Source of the DNA: Paracoccaceae bacterium
GTDB taxonomy: Bacteria > Pseudomonadota > Alphaproteobacteria > Rhodobacterales > Rhodobacteraceae
Direction: 5' to 3'
Length of the DNA: 35,831 nucleotides
Assembly: GCA_003565055.1 (NCBI GenBank)
Contig: PXDM01000221.1
Span: 1-35,831, forward strand
Below are positions 1-8,908 of this stretch, in pieces. The notes below the pieces were generated by a model. It saw nothing but the letters and a program-made list of their open reading frames with translations, did not search any database and was not told where the DNA came from. Position 1 is the first letter of the stretch; every line of letters begins with the position of its first letter. Position numbers and translations under genes: made by a program.

Positions 1-1164
1 CTCATAGGCGATATCGACCAGCCGCTGATGGGCCTGCATCTGCGCAGGCAGCGGGGCCTTGCTCTCGCGGTCGGCCATCAGCTCGAAGGCCATGAGCAGC
101 CCCATCCCGCGCACATCGCCGATGACCGGATGACGCGCGGCCAGATCGTCCAGCCGCGCACGCAGCGCCAGTCCCATCTGTTCGGCATTGCGCACCAGCT
201 CCAGCCGCGCGATTTCGTCGATCACCGCGCCGCCCGCGGCACAGGCCAGCGGATTGCCGGCATAGGTAAAGCCATGCAGAAAGCCGCCACTGTCCAGCAC
301 GCGCTGCACCAGATCATCGCGCGCGGCAATCGCACCGAGCGGCATATATCCGGCGGCAAATCCCTTTGAAAGCACGACAATATCCGGCGCAAGCCCCCAA
401 TGCTCCAGCGCAAGAAACCGGCCTGTGCGCCCCGCCCCGGTCATCACCTCGTCAAGGATCAGGAGCACCCCATAGCGGCGGCAGATCTCCTGCACTTGCG
501 CCATATATCCGGCGGGCGGCACCAGCGCGCCAGTGGACGCGCCGCCCACAGGCTCCACGATGTAAGCCAGCACGCTCTCCGGCCCCTGCGCGAGAATCTC
601 GGCCTCCAGCATGGCGGCGTAATGCGCGCCAGTCGCCGGATCTGTCGGGTCCAACCCGTCGAGATAGGCGCGCGGGGCCGGGATCATGGGCATGGCGCGC
701 ATCATCGGTGCGAAAGGCTCGGTCAGCGGCGCGTAGCCCGTCACCGCCAGCGCGCCCAGCGTGCAGCCGTGATAGCTGGGGCGGCGGCTGATGACCTTCC
801 AGCGCGCGCCCTCGCCCACAGCAAGCGCATGCTGGCGCGCGAGTTTCATGGCCGATTCCACGGCCTCTGACCCGCCCGAGACGAAGAACACCTTGCTCAT
901 GCCCTCCGGGCAGAGCGCCGCGGTGCGCGCGGCCAGTGCCTCGGACGCTTCGGTTTCGAAATGCAGCCGGTAGCCGAAGGTCGATTTTTCCATCTGACGG
1001 CGCATCGCGTCGAGGACGCGCGGGTTGGAATGGCCGATATTGCACACCATCGCGCCTGAAGAGCCATCGAGATAGCGCTTGCCGTCCATATCCCACAGAT
1101 ACACCCCGCGCGCCTGATCGAGCACAGGGCGGCGCTGGCTGGTCTGGTAGAAAAGGTTGCTCAT
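1..1164 (-). CDS. Class III PLP-dependent aminotransferase (3' end outside window)
   Basis: Not in ORF track. Hand translation from ATG at 1164 is open to base 1: MSNLFYQTSQRRPVLDQARGVYLWDMDGKRYLDGSSGAMVCNIGH..SGGSEAVE..SYHG..IVEPVGG..ILDEVMTGAGRTG..PDIVVLSKG (class III motifs, catalytic Lys). Confidence 0.93.
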   Translation of the reverse strand, partial: MSNLFYQTSQRRPVLDQARGVYLWDMDGKRYLDGSSGAMVCNIGHSNPRVLDAMRRQMEKSTFGYRLHFETEASEALAARTAALCPEGMSKVFFVSGGSEAVESAMKLARQHALAVGEGARWKVISRRPSYHGCTLGALAVTGYAPLTEPFAPMMRAMPMIPAPRAYLDGLDPTDPATGAHYAAMLEAEILAQGPESVLAYIVEPVGGASTGALVPPAGYMAQVQEICRRYGVLLILDEVMTGAGRTGRFLALEHWGLAPDIVVLSKGFAAGYMPLGAIAARDDLVQRVLDSGGFLHGFTYAGNPLACAAGGAVIDEIARLELVRNAEQMGLALRARLDDLAARHPVIGDVRGMGLLMAFELMADRESKAPLPAQMQAHQRLVDIAYE

Positions 1165-1169
1165 GCCGA

Positions 1170-2243
1170 TCACCCCGGCAGGGCCGCGCAATCCTGCGGC
1201 CTAAGCGTCAGATGCACCTGCGCGCCCACGGGAAAGGGGCGCTCGTCGATCATGTTGATCGCTTGCAGTTGTGTGTCCCCGGAGCGAACGAAATAGCGCA
1301 CGGACTGGCCCTGATAATCGACCGTCTCCACGCTGGCAGGCGCTGAAAACGCGCCCCCCTCGGGCGGGTGCTCACGCAACAGGAGTTTCTCGGCGCGGAC
1401 GACCAGCTTGGCCGCGCCCTGCCCCACCAGATGCGGCGCCTTGGCGCTCGGGACAATGACCTTGCCGAAAACGGGCACCTCCAGTTCCGCCCCCTCCGGC
1501 CCGCGCGACACGAATCGCCCATCGAGAATGTTCGACGCCCCCAGAAACTTCGCCACGAATTCACTCGCGGGCGTATTATAGACCTCTTGCGGCGCGCCCA
1601 CCTGTTCCACGCGCCCGTTCGACATGACCACGATCTGGTCAGACATGGCGAGCGCCTCGGACTGATCATGCGTCACGAACACAGTCGTCACGCCAATGCG
1701 GGCCTGAATACGCTTCAACTCGACGCGCATATCCTCGCGCAGATTGGCGTCGAGCGCCGAGAGCGGTTCATCGAGCAGCAGCACATCCGGCTCAATGACG
1801 ATGGCGCGGGCGAGCGCGATGCGCTGTTGCTGCCCGCCCGAGAGCGCCTTGGGGTAGCGCTCCGCGACATGCGGCAACTGCACCAGGTCCAGCGCCTCCT
1901 GCACGCGCCGGGCGATCTCCGCGCGCGCCACATTGCGGTAGCGCAGCCCGAAGGCCACATTCTCGGCCACGCTCTTATGCGGAAACAGCGCATAATTCTG
2001 AAACACCAGCCCCAGATTGCGCTTGTGGATCGGCACGTCATTGACCCGCTTGCCGCCGATCACGATCTCGCCCTCGCTGGGGTCCAGCAGCCCCGCGATC
2101 ATCCGCAGAGTCGTGGTCTTGCCGCAACCAGATGGCCCCAGCAGGGTCGTGAAACTGCCTTCAGGAATGTCCAGCGAGGTCTTTTCGACGGCGGTGAATG
2201 TCCCGAACCGCTTCACGATATTATTCAGAGTAACCGCGCCCAT
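1170..2243 (-). CDS. ABC transporter ATP-binding subunit, PotA-like
   Basis: Walker A GPSGCGKT, LSGGQQQR signature, LLLDEP, FQNYALFPH, C-terminal TOBE-like region. Start moved to ATG 2243 (MGAVTL); the longer ORF start lies inside an intergenic repeat. Confidence 0.93.
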   Translation of the reverse strand: MGAVTLNNIVKRFGTFTAVEKTSLDIPEGSFTTLLGPSGCGKTTTLRMIAGLLDPSEGEIVIGGKRVNDVPIHKRNLGLVFQNYALFPHKSVAENVAFGLRYRNVARAEIARRVQEALDLVQLPHVAERYPKALSGGQQQRIALARAIVIEPDVLLLDEPLSALDANLREDMRVELKRIQARIGVTTVFVTHDQSEALAMSDQIVVMSNGRVEQVGAPQEVYNTPASEFVAKFLGASNILDGRFVSRGPEGAELEVPVFGKVIVPSAKAPHLVGQGAAKLVVRAEKLLLREHPPEGGAFSAPASVETVDYQGQSVRYFVRSGDTQLQAINMIDERPFPVGAQVHLTLRPQDCAALPG

Positions 2244-2287
2244 GCTTCGCCCTTCGATCCGGGAGAGCCGGACCTCATCCGGCTGCC

Positions 2288-2343
2288 TCATTTTCTTGCT
2301 GAAAATACTCTGGGGGGTTCAAAGGGGGGCTAGCCCCCCTTTG
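2288..2343 (+). repeat. Intergenic REP/MITE-like element, copy 1
   Basis: TCATTTTCTTGC-TGA-AAATACTC (2288-2310) followed by perfect 24-bp palindrome CAAAGGGGGGCTAGCCCCCCTTTG (2320-2343); same head motif recurs at 8000-8023 on the other strand. Confidence 0.65.
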
Positions 2344-2351
2344 CCTTGCCC

Positions 2352-3494
2352 TCAGAAGCCGCGCTGCACCCGCGCGAAGGTTTCGGACCACTCGGCCTCA
2401 TTGCCGTTCCAATAGGTCGGATCGGCGAAGGTCAGCGCCTCCAGCGTGCCGGTCGGGTCATAGGCCGGAAGCGTCGGGATCTTCTCGCCCAGATCGACCT
2501 TGGTGCCATCCAGCGCGGGCGGGTAATTCTGCCCCTCGGCAACAGCGATCGAGGTCTCGGGCGCGAGCATGAAATTGATCAACTCCTCGCAGGCTTCCAC
2601 GGGCGAGCCCTTGATCACGAACAGACATTCCTGCCAGCCGAACCCATTGGGCGGATCATAATAGCCGATATCATGGCCCTGTTCCTGCAGCGCCGCGATG
2701 CGCCCCGACCAGCCCTCGGTGACATAGATCTCCTCCTCGGCCAGCAGGCTCATCAGCTCAGCCCCCGAGCCCCAGTATTTCAACGCCAGATCCCGGTGGC
2801 TGCGGATCGCGTCCCAGGCCGCCTCCATGTCCTGAATGTCATTGGGACTCTGGCCCGTCTGCAGCGCAGCATACCACAGCCGCGTGCGCCAGTCGCTCCA
2901 GCCGCCGATCTTGCCCTGATAGGCCGCGTCGATCAGGATCATGGCCCCTTTCTCGCGCATCTCCTCATCCGAGATGTATTTGCGGTTATAGGCAAGCCCG
3001 GTGGTGCCGTAGTTATAGGGCACGGCAGACAAGTGATCCGGCGTCACGCGGCGATAGGCATCGGTCAGCGCGTCCATGACCAGTTCCATATTCGGGATGT
3101 TGTCGAGATTCAGCTCGACATCCAGCCCGAAATTCACATAGCGGGCATAGTCGAACACGCCTGACAGATGCGCGATGTTATACTCGCCCTCGCGGCTTGA
3201 GCGCACCTGCGCCAGATATTCATCGCCACCGGCGAAGGTGCCATCGACGACCGTGATGCCCGTGGCCTCGCTATAGGGATCGAAAGCGTGGCGGCGGAAG
3301 GCTTCGGAGACAACACCGCCCCAGCCATCAAACCGCACCTGGGTGACATCCTGCGCGAAGGCCAGTTTCGCAAACGGGGTCTGCACGCCATAGGCGGCCC
3401 CGGCCGCGCCGATCAGGCCCAGAAAGCTGCGCCGGTCCAGATCGCCGTTGCGGTAACGCTCCAGCAGGCGGGTGTAACGCGTGGTATTGTCCAT
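2352..3494 (-). CDS. ABC substrate-binding protein, PotD/PotF family, Tat-exported
   Basis: Twin-arginine motif DRRSFLG with AFA cleavage site; GWGG, VPYNYGTTGLAYN, WSGR, LINFMLAPE; SD AAGGAGAG upstream. Confidence 0.9.
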   Translation of the reverse strand: MDNTTRYTRLLERYRNGDLDRRSFLGLIGAAGAAYGVQTPFAKLAFAQDVTQVRFDGWGGVVSEAFRRHAFDPYSEATGITVVDGTFAGGDEYLAQVRSSREGEYNIAHLSGVFDYARYVNFGLDVELNLDNIPNMELVMDALTDAYRRVTPDHLSAVPYNYGTTGLAYNRKYISDEEMREKGAMILIDAAYQGKIGGWSDWRTRLWYAALQTGQSPNDIQDMEAAWDAIRSHRDLALKYWGSGAELMSLLAEEEIYVTEGWSGRIAALQEQGHDIGYYDPPNGFGWQECLFVIKGSPVEACEELINFMLAPETSIAVAEGQNYPPALDGTKVDLGEKIPTLPAYDPTGTLEALTFADPTYWNGNEAEWSETFARVQRGF

Positions 3495-3529
3495 TTTTCA
3501 CTCTCCTTGTCGGTTGGGGGGCGCGGGTC

Positions 3530-4333
3530 TTACATGCCGCGTTTCATGGCTAATCGTCGTGCAATCGCCGCCCCCAGCAGGGGCAGGCCCACAGTGATCA
3601 CGATCATCACTGTGCCCAGCGCATTGATCTCGGGGCTGATCGAGTTGCGCAGCATCGAGAAGATCTGCGTGGGCACAGTCTCGACCCCGCCGGGTTTCCA
3701 GAACAGCGTGCCGGTGATGTCATCAAAGGAAATCGTGAAGGCAAAGAGGGCTCCTGCAGCCACAGCAGGCATCAGAAGCGGCAGTGTCACGGAAAAGAAG
3801 GTCTGCATGGGCGAGGCCCCGAGGCTGAGCGCGGCTTCCTCGACATCGCGGCGGATCGAGACCAGCCGCGCCTGCACCACGAGGATCACGAAGGGCAGCG
3901 TGAAGATCACATGCCCCGCCAGCAACAGCGCAAAGCTCTTGCCGATACCCAACCAGTTCAGGAACAGCAGAAGCGCGACGGCCAGCACCACCTCGGGCAC
4001 GAGAATCGGCGCGATCAGGATCGTGGTGATCAGGTTCTTGCCGGGCAGGCTGTAGCGCACCAGCGCGAGGCTCGCCAGCACGCCCAGCGTGGTCGAGATC
4101 AGCGCCGTCAGCAGCCCGAGCACCAGCGAGGTGCGAAAGGCCCGCATCACCGCGTCATTGTTCCACAGTGCTTCGAACCAGCGCAGCGAAAGCCCCGTCA
4201 TCGGGAAGCTGCCGAACTGGTTCTGATTGAAAGACAGCAGCACCACCACGGCCACGGGCAGGAACATGAACAGATAAACAAGGATGGTATAGGCCCGGAT
4301 CGCCGCCCACCCCATATTGCGCGACCCGGCCAT
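3530..4333 (-). CDS. ABC permease, PotC-like
   Basis: Multiple hydrophobic segments; EEAALSLGAS (EAA loop), ISFDD, SPEINALGT. Confidence 0.92.
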   Translation of the reverse strand: MAGSRNMGWAAIRAYTILVYLFMFLPVAVVVLLSFNQNQFGSFPMTGLSLRWFEALWNNDAVMRAFRTSLVLGLLTALISTTLGVLASLALVRYSLPGKNLITTILIAPILVPEVVLAVALLLFLNWLGIGKSFALLLAGHVIFTLPFVILVVQARLVSIRRDVEEAALSLGASPMQTFFSVTLPLLMPAVAAGALFAFTISFDDITGTLFWKPGGVETVPTQIFSMLRNSISPEINALGTVMIVITVGLPLLGAAIARRLAMKRGM

Positions 4334-5199
4334 CAGCCCAGCCCTTTCGTCAGTTGCGACATGCCCAGGTAGCGGTTGTAAAGCGCCACCAGCGCCCCCA
4401 GAACGATCAGCAGTAACAGCGACAGCGCAGAGCCCATCGGCCAGTTGAGCTGCGTGATAATGGCCTCGAAGACCAGATTGGCGAACATCGCATCACGCGG
4501 CCCGCCGAGGATCAGCGGCGTGATATAAGTGCCCGCAGCGAGCACGAAACACAGCAAGCCCCCAGCCGCCAACCCCGGCAGCGACAAGGGCAGCGTGACT
4601 TGCGTGAAAGCCTGCCAGCGCGTCGCGCCCAGCGAATTCGCCGCATCCTCAAGATTGGTGTCGATGCCGTCGAGACTGACACAGATATTCAGCACCATGA
4701 AGGGCAGCAGAAAATGCACCAGCCCCAGGATCACCGTTGCTTCGTTATAGAGCATCTGTATCGGGGAGGAGGTGATCCCCAGGCTCATCAGCAGCGTGTT
4801 CAGCGCGCCGGAGGAGCCCAGAATGTTAATCCAGCTTATCGTGCGGATGATGTAGCTGATCCAGAAAGGCAGCATCAGAAGCAGGAGCAGGACCAGCTTG
4901 TTGCCGCTTGAACGCGTGATGAAATAGGCCGCCGGATAGCCGAGCAGCGCGCAGAAAAACGTCGTGATCGCTGCGATTTTCAGCGTGTTGAACAGGATGG
5001 TGCGATAGAACGGATCCGTCAGCGCGCGCTGCCAGTTGTCCAGATGGAACCCCACCGTGTCCGGCCCGACCGCCGAGCGCAGCCAGAAGGAATAGACCAC
5101 GATGAACATCAGCGGCACCAGCAGCAACAGCGCGACCGCGCCCAGTGCGGGCGAGAGCAAAATCCACGGCTGGCGTCTTTCGCGGGCTTCTACGGACAT
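4333..5199 (-). CDS. ABC permease, PotB-like
   Basis: LPFWISYIIRTISW, LEDAANSLGA EAA loop, NWPMGSALS; start set at ATG 5199 (MSVEARE); stop overlaps next start. Confidence 0.9.
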   Translation of the reverse strand: MSVEARERRQPWILLSPALGAVALLLLVPLMFIVVYSFWLRSAVGPDTVGFHLDNWQRALTDPFYRTILFNTLKIAAITTFFCALLGYPAAYFITRSSGNKLVLLLLLMLPFWISYIIRTISWINILGSSGALNTLLMSLGITSSPIQMLYNEATVILGLVHFLLPFMVLNICVSLDGIDTNLEDAANSLGATRWQAFTQVTLPLSLPGLAAGGLLCFVLAAGTYITPLILGGPRDAMFANLVFEAIITQLNWPMGSALSLLLLIVLGALVALYNRYLGMSQLTKGLG

Positions 5200-5306
5200 G
5201 GCAGCGTCACGATGCGGATGGGGCTTGGCGAGACATGCGCAAGGATTGCAAAGCCGCCCGGCATAAGGCAAATTGATAATTGGAATAGTGATAATAGATA
5301 TGATCA

Positions 5307-6284
5307 ATGCCTGACGCGAACGACGCGGATCGACTGACCCGCGATCTGGACTGGAACCTGTTGCGCAGCTTCAAGGTGATGGCCGAAGCGCGCTCGATCA
5401 CCGATGCCGCACGGCGTCTGCGCCTGACCCAGCCCTCGGTCTCGACCGCGCTGCAAAAGCTTGAAAAAGCTATCGGAAAGCGGCTGATCGACCGGGCACC
5501 GGGGCGCTATGAGTTGACCCGCGCGGGGATGACGCTCTACCGCGAAGCCATCGAGATCCATGGCTCTGTGCACCGGCTCTCAACGCTGATGCGCGACATG
5601 ACAGATGAGGTGCGCGGCCATGTCCGCATCGCGGTTGCAAGCCATGTCGTCTGCCCATTATTTGATCAGGTGCTGTCCGATTTCCATGCGACCCACCCGC
5701 GCGCGACGTTGTCGATCTCTGTCCTCGGCTCCAGCGCCGCCCTTGCCAGCGTCACCGCGCGCACAGCGTCCTTTGCAATCTGTCTGGTCCATCGGCGCGA
5801 TCCGAAAATCGAATATATGCGCCTTTACCGCGAATTCTTCGGGCTGTTCTGCGGCCCGCCCCACCCGCTCTACGGGCGCGAAGCACTGCAGCAGCGCGAT
5901 CTGGCGGGGCATTCTGCCGTCAGCTTCGAGACGGACAGCCTGCATGACGCCCTGCGCTCGGTGACCTTGCTGCGCGCGCAATCCGAGTTGAATGAACAGA
6001 TCATCGGCACATCGAGCCATCTGGAAGAAGTGCGCCGCATGGTGATCGCCGGGCTCGGCATTGGCCCCTTGCCGCTCCATGTGGTCGCGCGCGATATCGC
6101 CGAGGGCTTGCTGTGGCGTCTACCGCCCTATGCCGACCCGCCGGCGATTGACGTGCATCTCGCATGGAACCCCAAAGCGACGCTCAATCGCGCCGAAACC
6201 GCGTTTCTTGAAGCGATGAAAGCCGCAATTCAGTCACGCCCGATCGAGGCGCGCACTTACGGCCTCGGCGCGGACGGATACTGA
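5307..6284 (+). CDS. LysR-family transcriptional regulator
   Basis: N-terminal HTH LDWNLLRSF..SITDAARRLRLTQPSVSTALQKLE; divergent from the ABC operon across an AT-rich 107-bp spacer. Confidence 0.93.
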   Translation: MPDANDADRLTRDLDWNLLRSFKVMAEARSITDAARRLRLTQPSVSTALQKLEKAIGKRLIDRAPGRYELTRAGMTLYREAIEIHGSVHRLSTLMRDMTDEVRGHVRIAVASHVVCPLFDQVLSDFHATHPRATLSISVLGSSAALASVTARTASFAICLVHRRDPKIEYMRLYREFFGLFCGPPHPLYGREALQQRDLAGHSAVSFETDSLHDALRSVTLLRAQSELNEQIIGTSSHLEEVRRMVIAGLGIGPLPLHVVARDIAEGLLWRLPPYADPPAIDVHLAWNPKATLNRAETAFLEAMKAAIQSRPIEARTYGLGADGY

Positions 6285-6432
6285 CCCTGTGTCAGAACAT
6301 ATGCGCGTTCCGAAACCTGCGCGACCAGTCAGGATGCAGAATGCGGGGGGTCTCGGCGCCGCGCGTGAACCGCATGACGCCTGTAAAGCGCCAGAATGAC
6401 CAACAGCGCCCCCCGCTGCAGCCCGGCCCGGC

Positions 6433-6900
6433 TCAGCTTTGCGGGTCAGGCAGGCTCTGAGGATCAGGCCCGCGCCATTCACCCTGCGCCTGCAACGCTT
6501 CCATGACTTCGCGCGGCATATAGGTTTCGTCATGTTTGGCAAGTATTTCGCTCGCCTGAAACACCCCGTCGATCAGGCGCCCTGTGCCGACCATGCCCTC
6601 GTTCTCGCTGAACAGATCCGGCAGGATCCCGCGAAAATGCACCTCGACCGAGGCCGGTCCGTCGGTCACACGGAAACTCACCGTGTCAGACTGCCCGCGA
6701 ATGATGGATCCCGGCTCGACCAACCCACCGATTCGGAACACTTCTGTCGGCGCAGGGGGTTCGGCCACAACCTGACTGGGCGAGCGGAAAAAATTGATCC
6801 CGTCGCGCATCGCATAGCCGATCAGCGCAGTCGAGAGCGCCAAAGCGACAGCTGCGACCGAAATGATCTGAATACGGCGTGTTTTCTTCAAACTTTTCAT
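6433..6900 (-). CDS. ccmE: Cytochrome c maturation heme chaperone CcmE
   Basis: N-terminal TM anchor, RIGGLV, GILPDLF, heme-binding LAKHDETYMP. Confidence 0.97.
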   Translation of the reverse strand: MKSLKKTRRIQIISVAAVALALSTALIGYAMRDGINFFRSPSQVVAEPPAPTEVFRIGGLVEPGSIIRGQSDTVSFRVTDGPASVEVHFRGILPDLFSENEGMVGTGRLIDGVFQASEILAKHDETYMPREVMEALQAQGEWRGPDPQSLPDPQS

Positions 6901-6915
6901 CGCGTCCTCACAACT

Positions 6916-7944
6916 TCACGGGAAAACGGGTGCGCCCGTCAGCCCCATCGTCTCTTCCAGCCCCAGCATCAGATTGGCATTTTGCAACGCCTGTCCGCTG
7001 GAACCCTTGCACAAATTGTCGAGCGCGGCCACCACGAGCGCGCGCCCCGGAATTCTGTCCCCGACCACCCCAATATGCACGAAATTCGAGCCGCGCACAT
7101 CATGTGTTGAGGGGGTTGTGCCAAAAGGTAGCACGCAAATCATTGATTCAGCGCAATAGCGGGCCTGCAAAACTTCGTGAAGTTGTGCCGCATCCCCATC
7201 GAGCCAGGCCGTCGCCAGAATCCCGCGATTCATCGGCAGAAGATGCGGCGTGAACTGGATCTGCACGGGTCGGCCTGCGAGCGCGCTGAATTCCTGATCG
7301 AACTCGCCCAGATGCCGATGCGTGCCGCCCACTGCATAGGCCTGCGTTCCTTCGGACAATTCGGCATGCAGGAGGTTCTCTTTCAGCGCGCGCCCGGCCC
7401 CGGACACCCCGCATTTGAGGTCCAGAATGATCCGGTCGAGATCAATCACCCCGGCCTCGATCAGCGGGCGCAGGATATATTGACCAGTCGCCGCATTGCA
7501 GCCTGTCCCCGCCACCAGCCGCGCGGCGCGGATCTCCTCGCGGTAGAATTCGGTCAGCCCATAGACCGCCTCGCGCTGCAAGTCGGGCGCGGCATGGGGC
7601 TGGCCATACCATCTCTCATAAGCCGCCGGGTCGCGCAGCCGGAAATCGGCCGAGAGATCCACGATCTTGAGATCGCGCGGCAAGTCCTTGATCACCGCCT
7701 GAGAGGTCGCATGCGGAAGCGCGCAAAAGGCCAGATCAATGACCGCGAAATCCACATCCTCGATCCGGCAGAGATCGGGCAGATCGAGATGGCGCAGGAA
7801 GGGAAAGACCTGCGCCATGGCCTGCCCCGCCTTGCGCTCTCCGGTCAGCGCCGCGATGCGCATCTGCGGATGGGTCGAGATCAGCCGCACAAGCTCTGCG
7901 CCCGTATAGCCCGAGGCCCCGAGAATGGCGATGGATTTGGTCAT
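6916..7944 (-). CDS. argC: N-acetyl-gamma-glutamyl-phosphate reductase
   Basis: [24 protein letters not shown], catalytic [25 protein letters not shown]. Confidence 0.97.
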   Translation of the reverse strand: MTKSIAILGASGYTGAELVRLISTHPQMRIAALTGERKAGQAMAQVFPFLRHLDLPDLCRIEDVDFAVIDLAFCALPHATSQAVIKDLPRDLKIVDLSADFRLRDPAAYERWYGQPHAAPDLQREAVYGLTEFYREEIRAARLVAGTGCNAATGQYILRPLIEAGVIDLDRIILDLKCGVSGAGRALKENLLHAELSEGTQAYAVGGTHRHLGEFDQEFSALAGRPVQIQFTPHLLPMNRGILATAWLDGDAAQLHEVLQARYCAESMICVLPFGTTPSTHDVRGSNFVHIGVVGDRIPGRALVVAALDNLCKGSSGQALQNANLMLGLEETMGLTGAPVFP

Positions 7945-7979
7945 GTCTTTCCTCTTTCAGCGTCATGCAGGGCGGCGGT

Positions 7980-8023
7980 CGCGGGAGCGCTCCGCGCGGG
8001 AGTATTTACTCGCAAGAAAATGA
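7980..8023 (-). repeat. Intergenic REP/MITE-like element, copy 2
   Basis: Minus strand TCATTTTCTTGC-GAGT-AAATACTC (8023-8000) directly after the murI stop, followed by GC palindrome centred on GGAGCGCTCC (7984-7993). Confidence 0.6.
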
Positions 8024-8836
8024 TCAGGCGGATCGAAACACGGTCTGACGGCGCAGGAATTGCGTGGCCTTGCGCGAGACATTGACCGGATCGCCGGTCG
8101 TCAGGAAGGCACTGCTCTGCCCTGCCCCCAGCATTTCCGGGCGGCGCTTGAGGTAATCGTCAAGGCTCGCCGCGACCAGTTTGGGCTGCGAATAGACATC
8201 GACCGACGGTCCCAGCGCCTCGCGAAAGGCGTGTTCGACCAGCGGGTAATGCGTGCAACCCAGCACCGCCGCATCGGGCCGCGGCATCCGGCGCAGGAGC
8301 GATTCGACATGGGAATGGACCAGCGCTTCCGCCAGTTGCATGTCGCCCTGTTCGATTGCGTCGACCACGCCGCCGCAGGGCTGGGCTTCGACATCGACGC
8401 CGATCGCGCGGAAGGCGAGTTCGCGCTGGAAGGCGCGGCTGGACACCGTGGCGGGGGTCGCAAACAGCGCCACATGTTTCACGGCGACCTCGCGCGGCGG
8501 GGAATTGTCGCCCCATTGGCGCTCCGTCAGCGCCTCGATCAGCGGGACAAACACGCCCAGCACGCGCTTGTCGGCGGGCACCCAGGTTTCCTGCATCCGT
8601 TTCAGCGCCGCCGCCGAGGCCGTATTGCAGGCCAGGATCACCAGATCGCACCCCTCCGCCCAGAGCCGTTCGACATTGGTGCAGGTCAGGGTGAAGATAT
8701 CCTCGGCATCGCGCACCCCGTAAGGGGCATGCGCATTGTCGCCCAGGTAAACGAAAGGCGTGTCCGGCAGCCGCTCGGTTAGCGCGCCCAGCACAGTGAG
8801 CCCGCCGAGGCCCGAATCGAATACGCCCACTGCCAT
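8024..8836 (-). CDS. murI: Glutamate racemase
   Basis: [15 protein letters not shown], catalytic ACNTA and LGCTHYP; ATG 8836 with GGAGA SD. Confidence 0.95.
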   Translation of the reverse strand: MAVGVFDSGLGGLTVLGALTERLPDTPFVYLGDNAHAPYGVRDAEDIFTLTCTNVERLWAEGCDLVILACNTASAAALKRMQETWVPADKRVLGVFVPLIEALTERQWGDNSPPREVAVKHVALFATPATVSSRAFQRELAFRAIGVDVEAQPCGGVVDAIEQGDMQLAEALVHSHVESLLRRMPRPDAAVLGCTHYPLVEHAFREALGPSVDVYSQPKLVAASLDDYLKRRPEMLGAGQSSAFLTTGDPVNVSRKATQFLRRQTVFRSA

Positions 8837-8862
8837 CTGCCTGTCTCCGGCCCTGAAATCCT

Positions 8863-8887
8863 GCCCCTGCATAGAACTGGCAGGGGC
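8863..8887. terminator. GC stem-loop downstream of the oxidoreductase gene
   Basis: GCCCCTGC (8863-8870) / GCAGGGGC (8880-8887); weak U-tract, so terminator or stabiliser uncertain. Confidence 0.4.
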
Positions 8888-8908
8888 GGAAATCCAGTCT
8901 GTTCGCGC

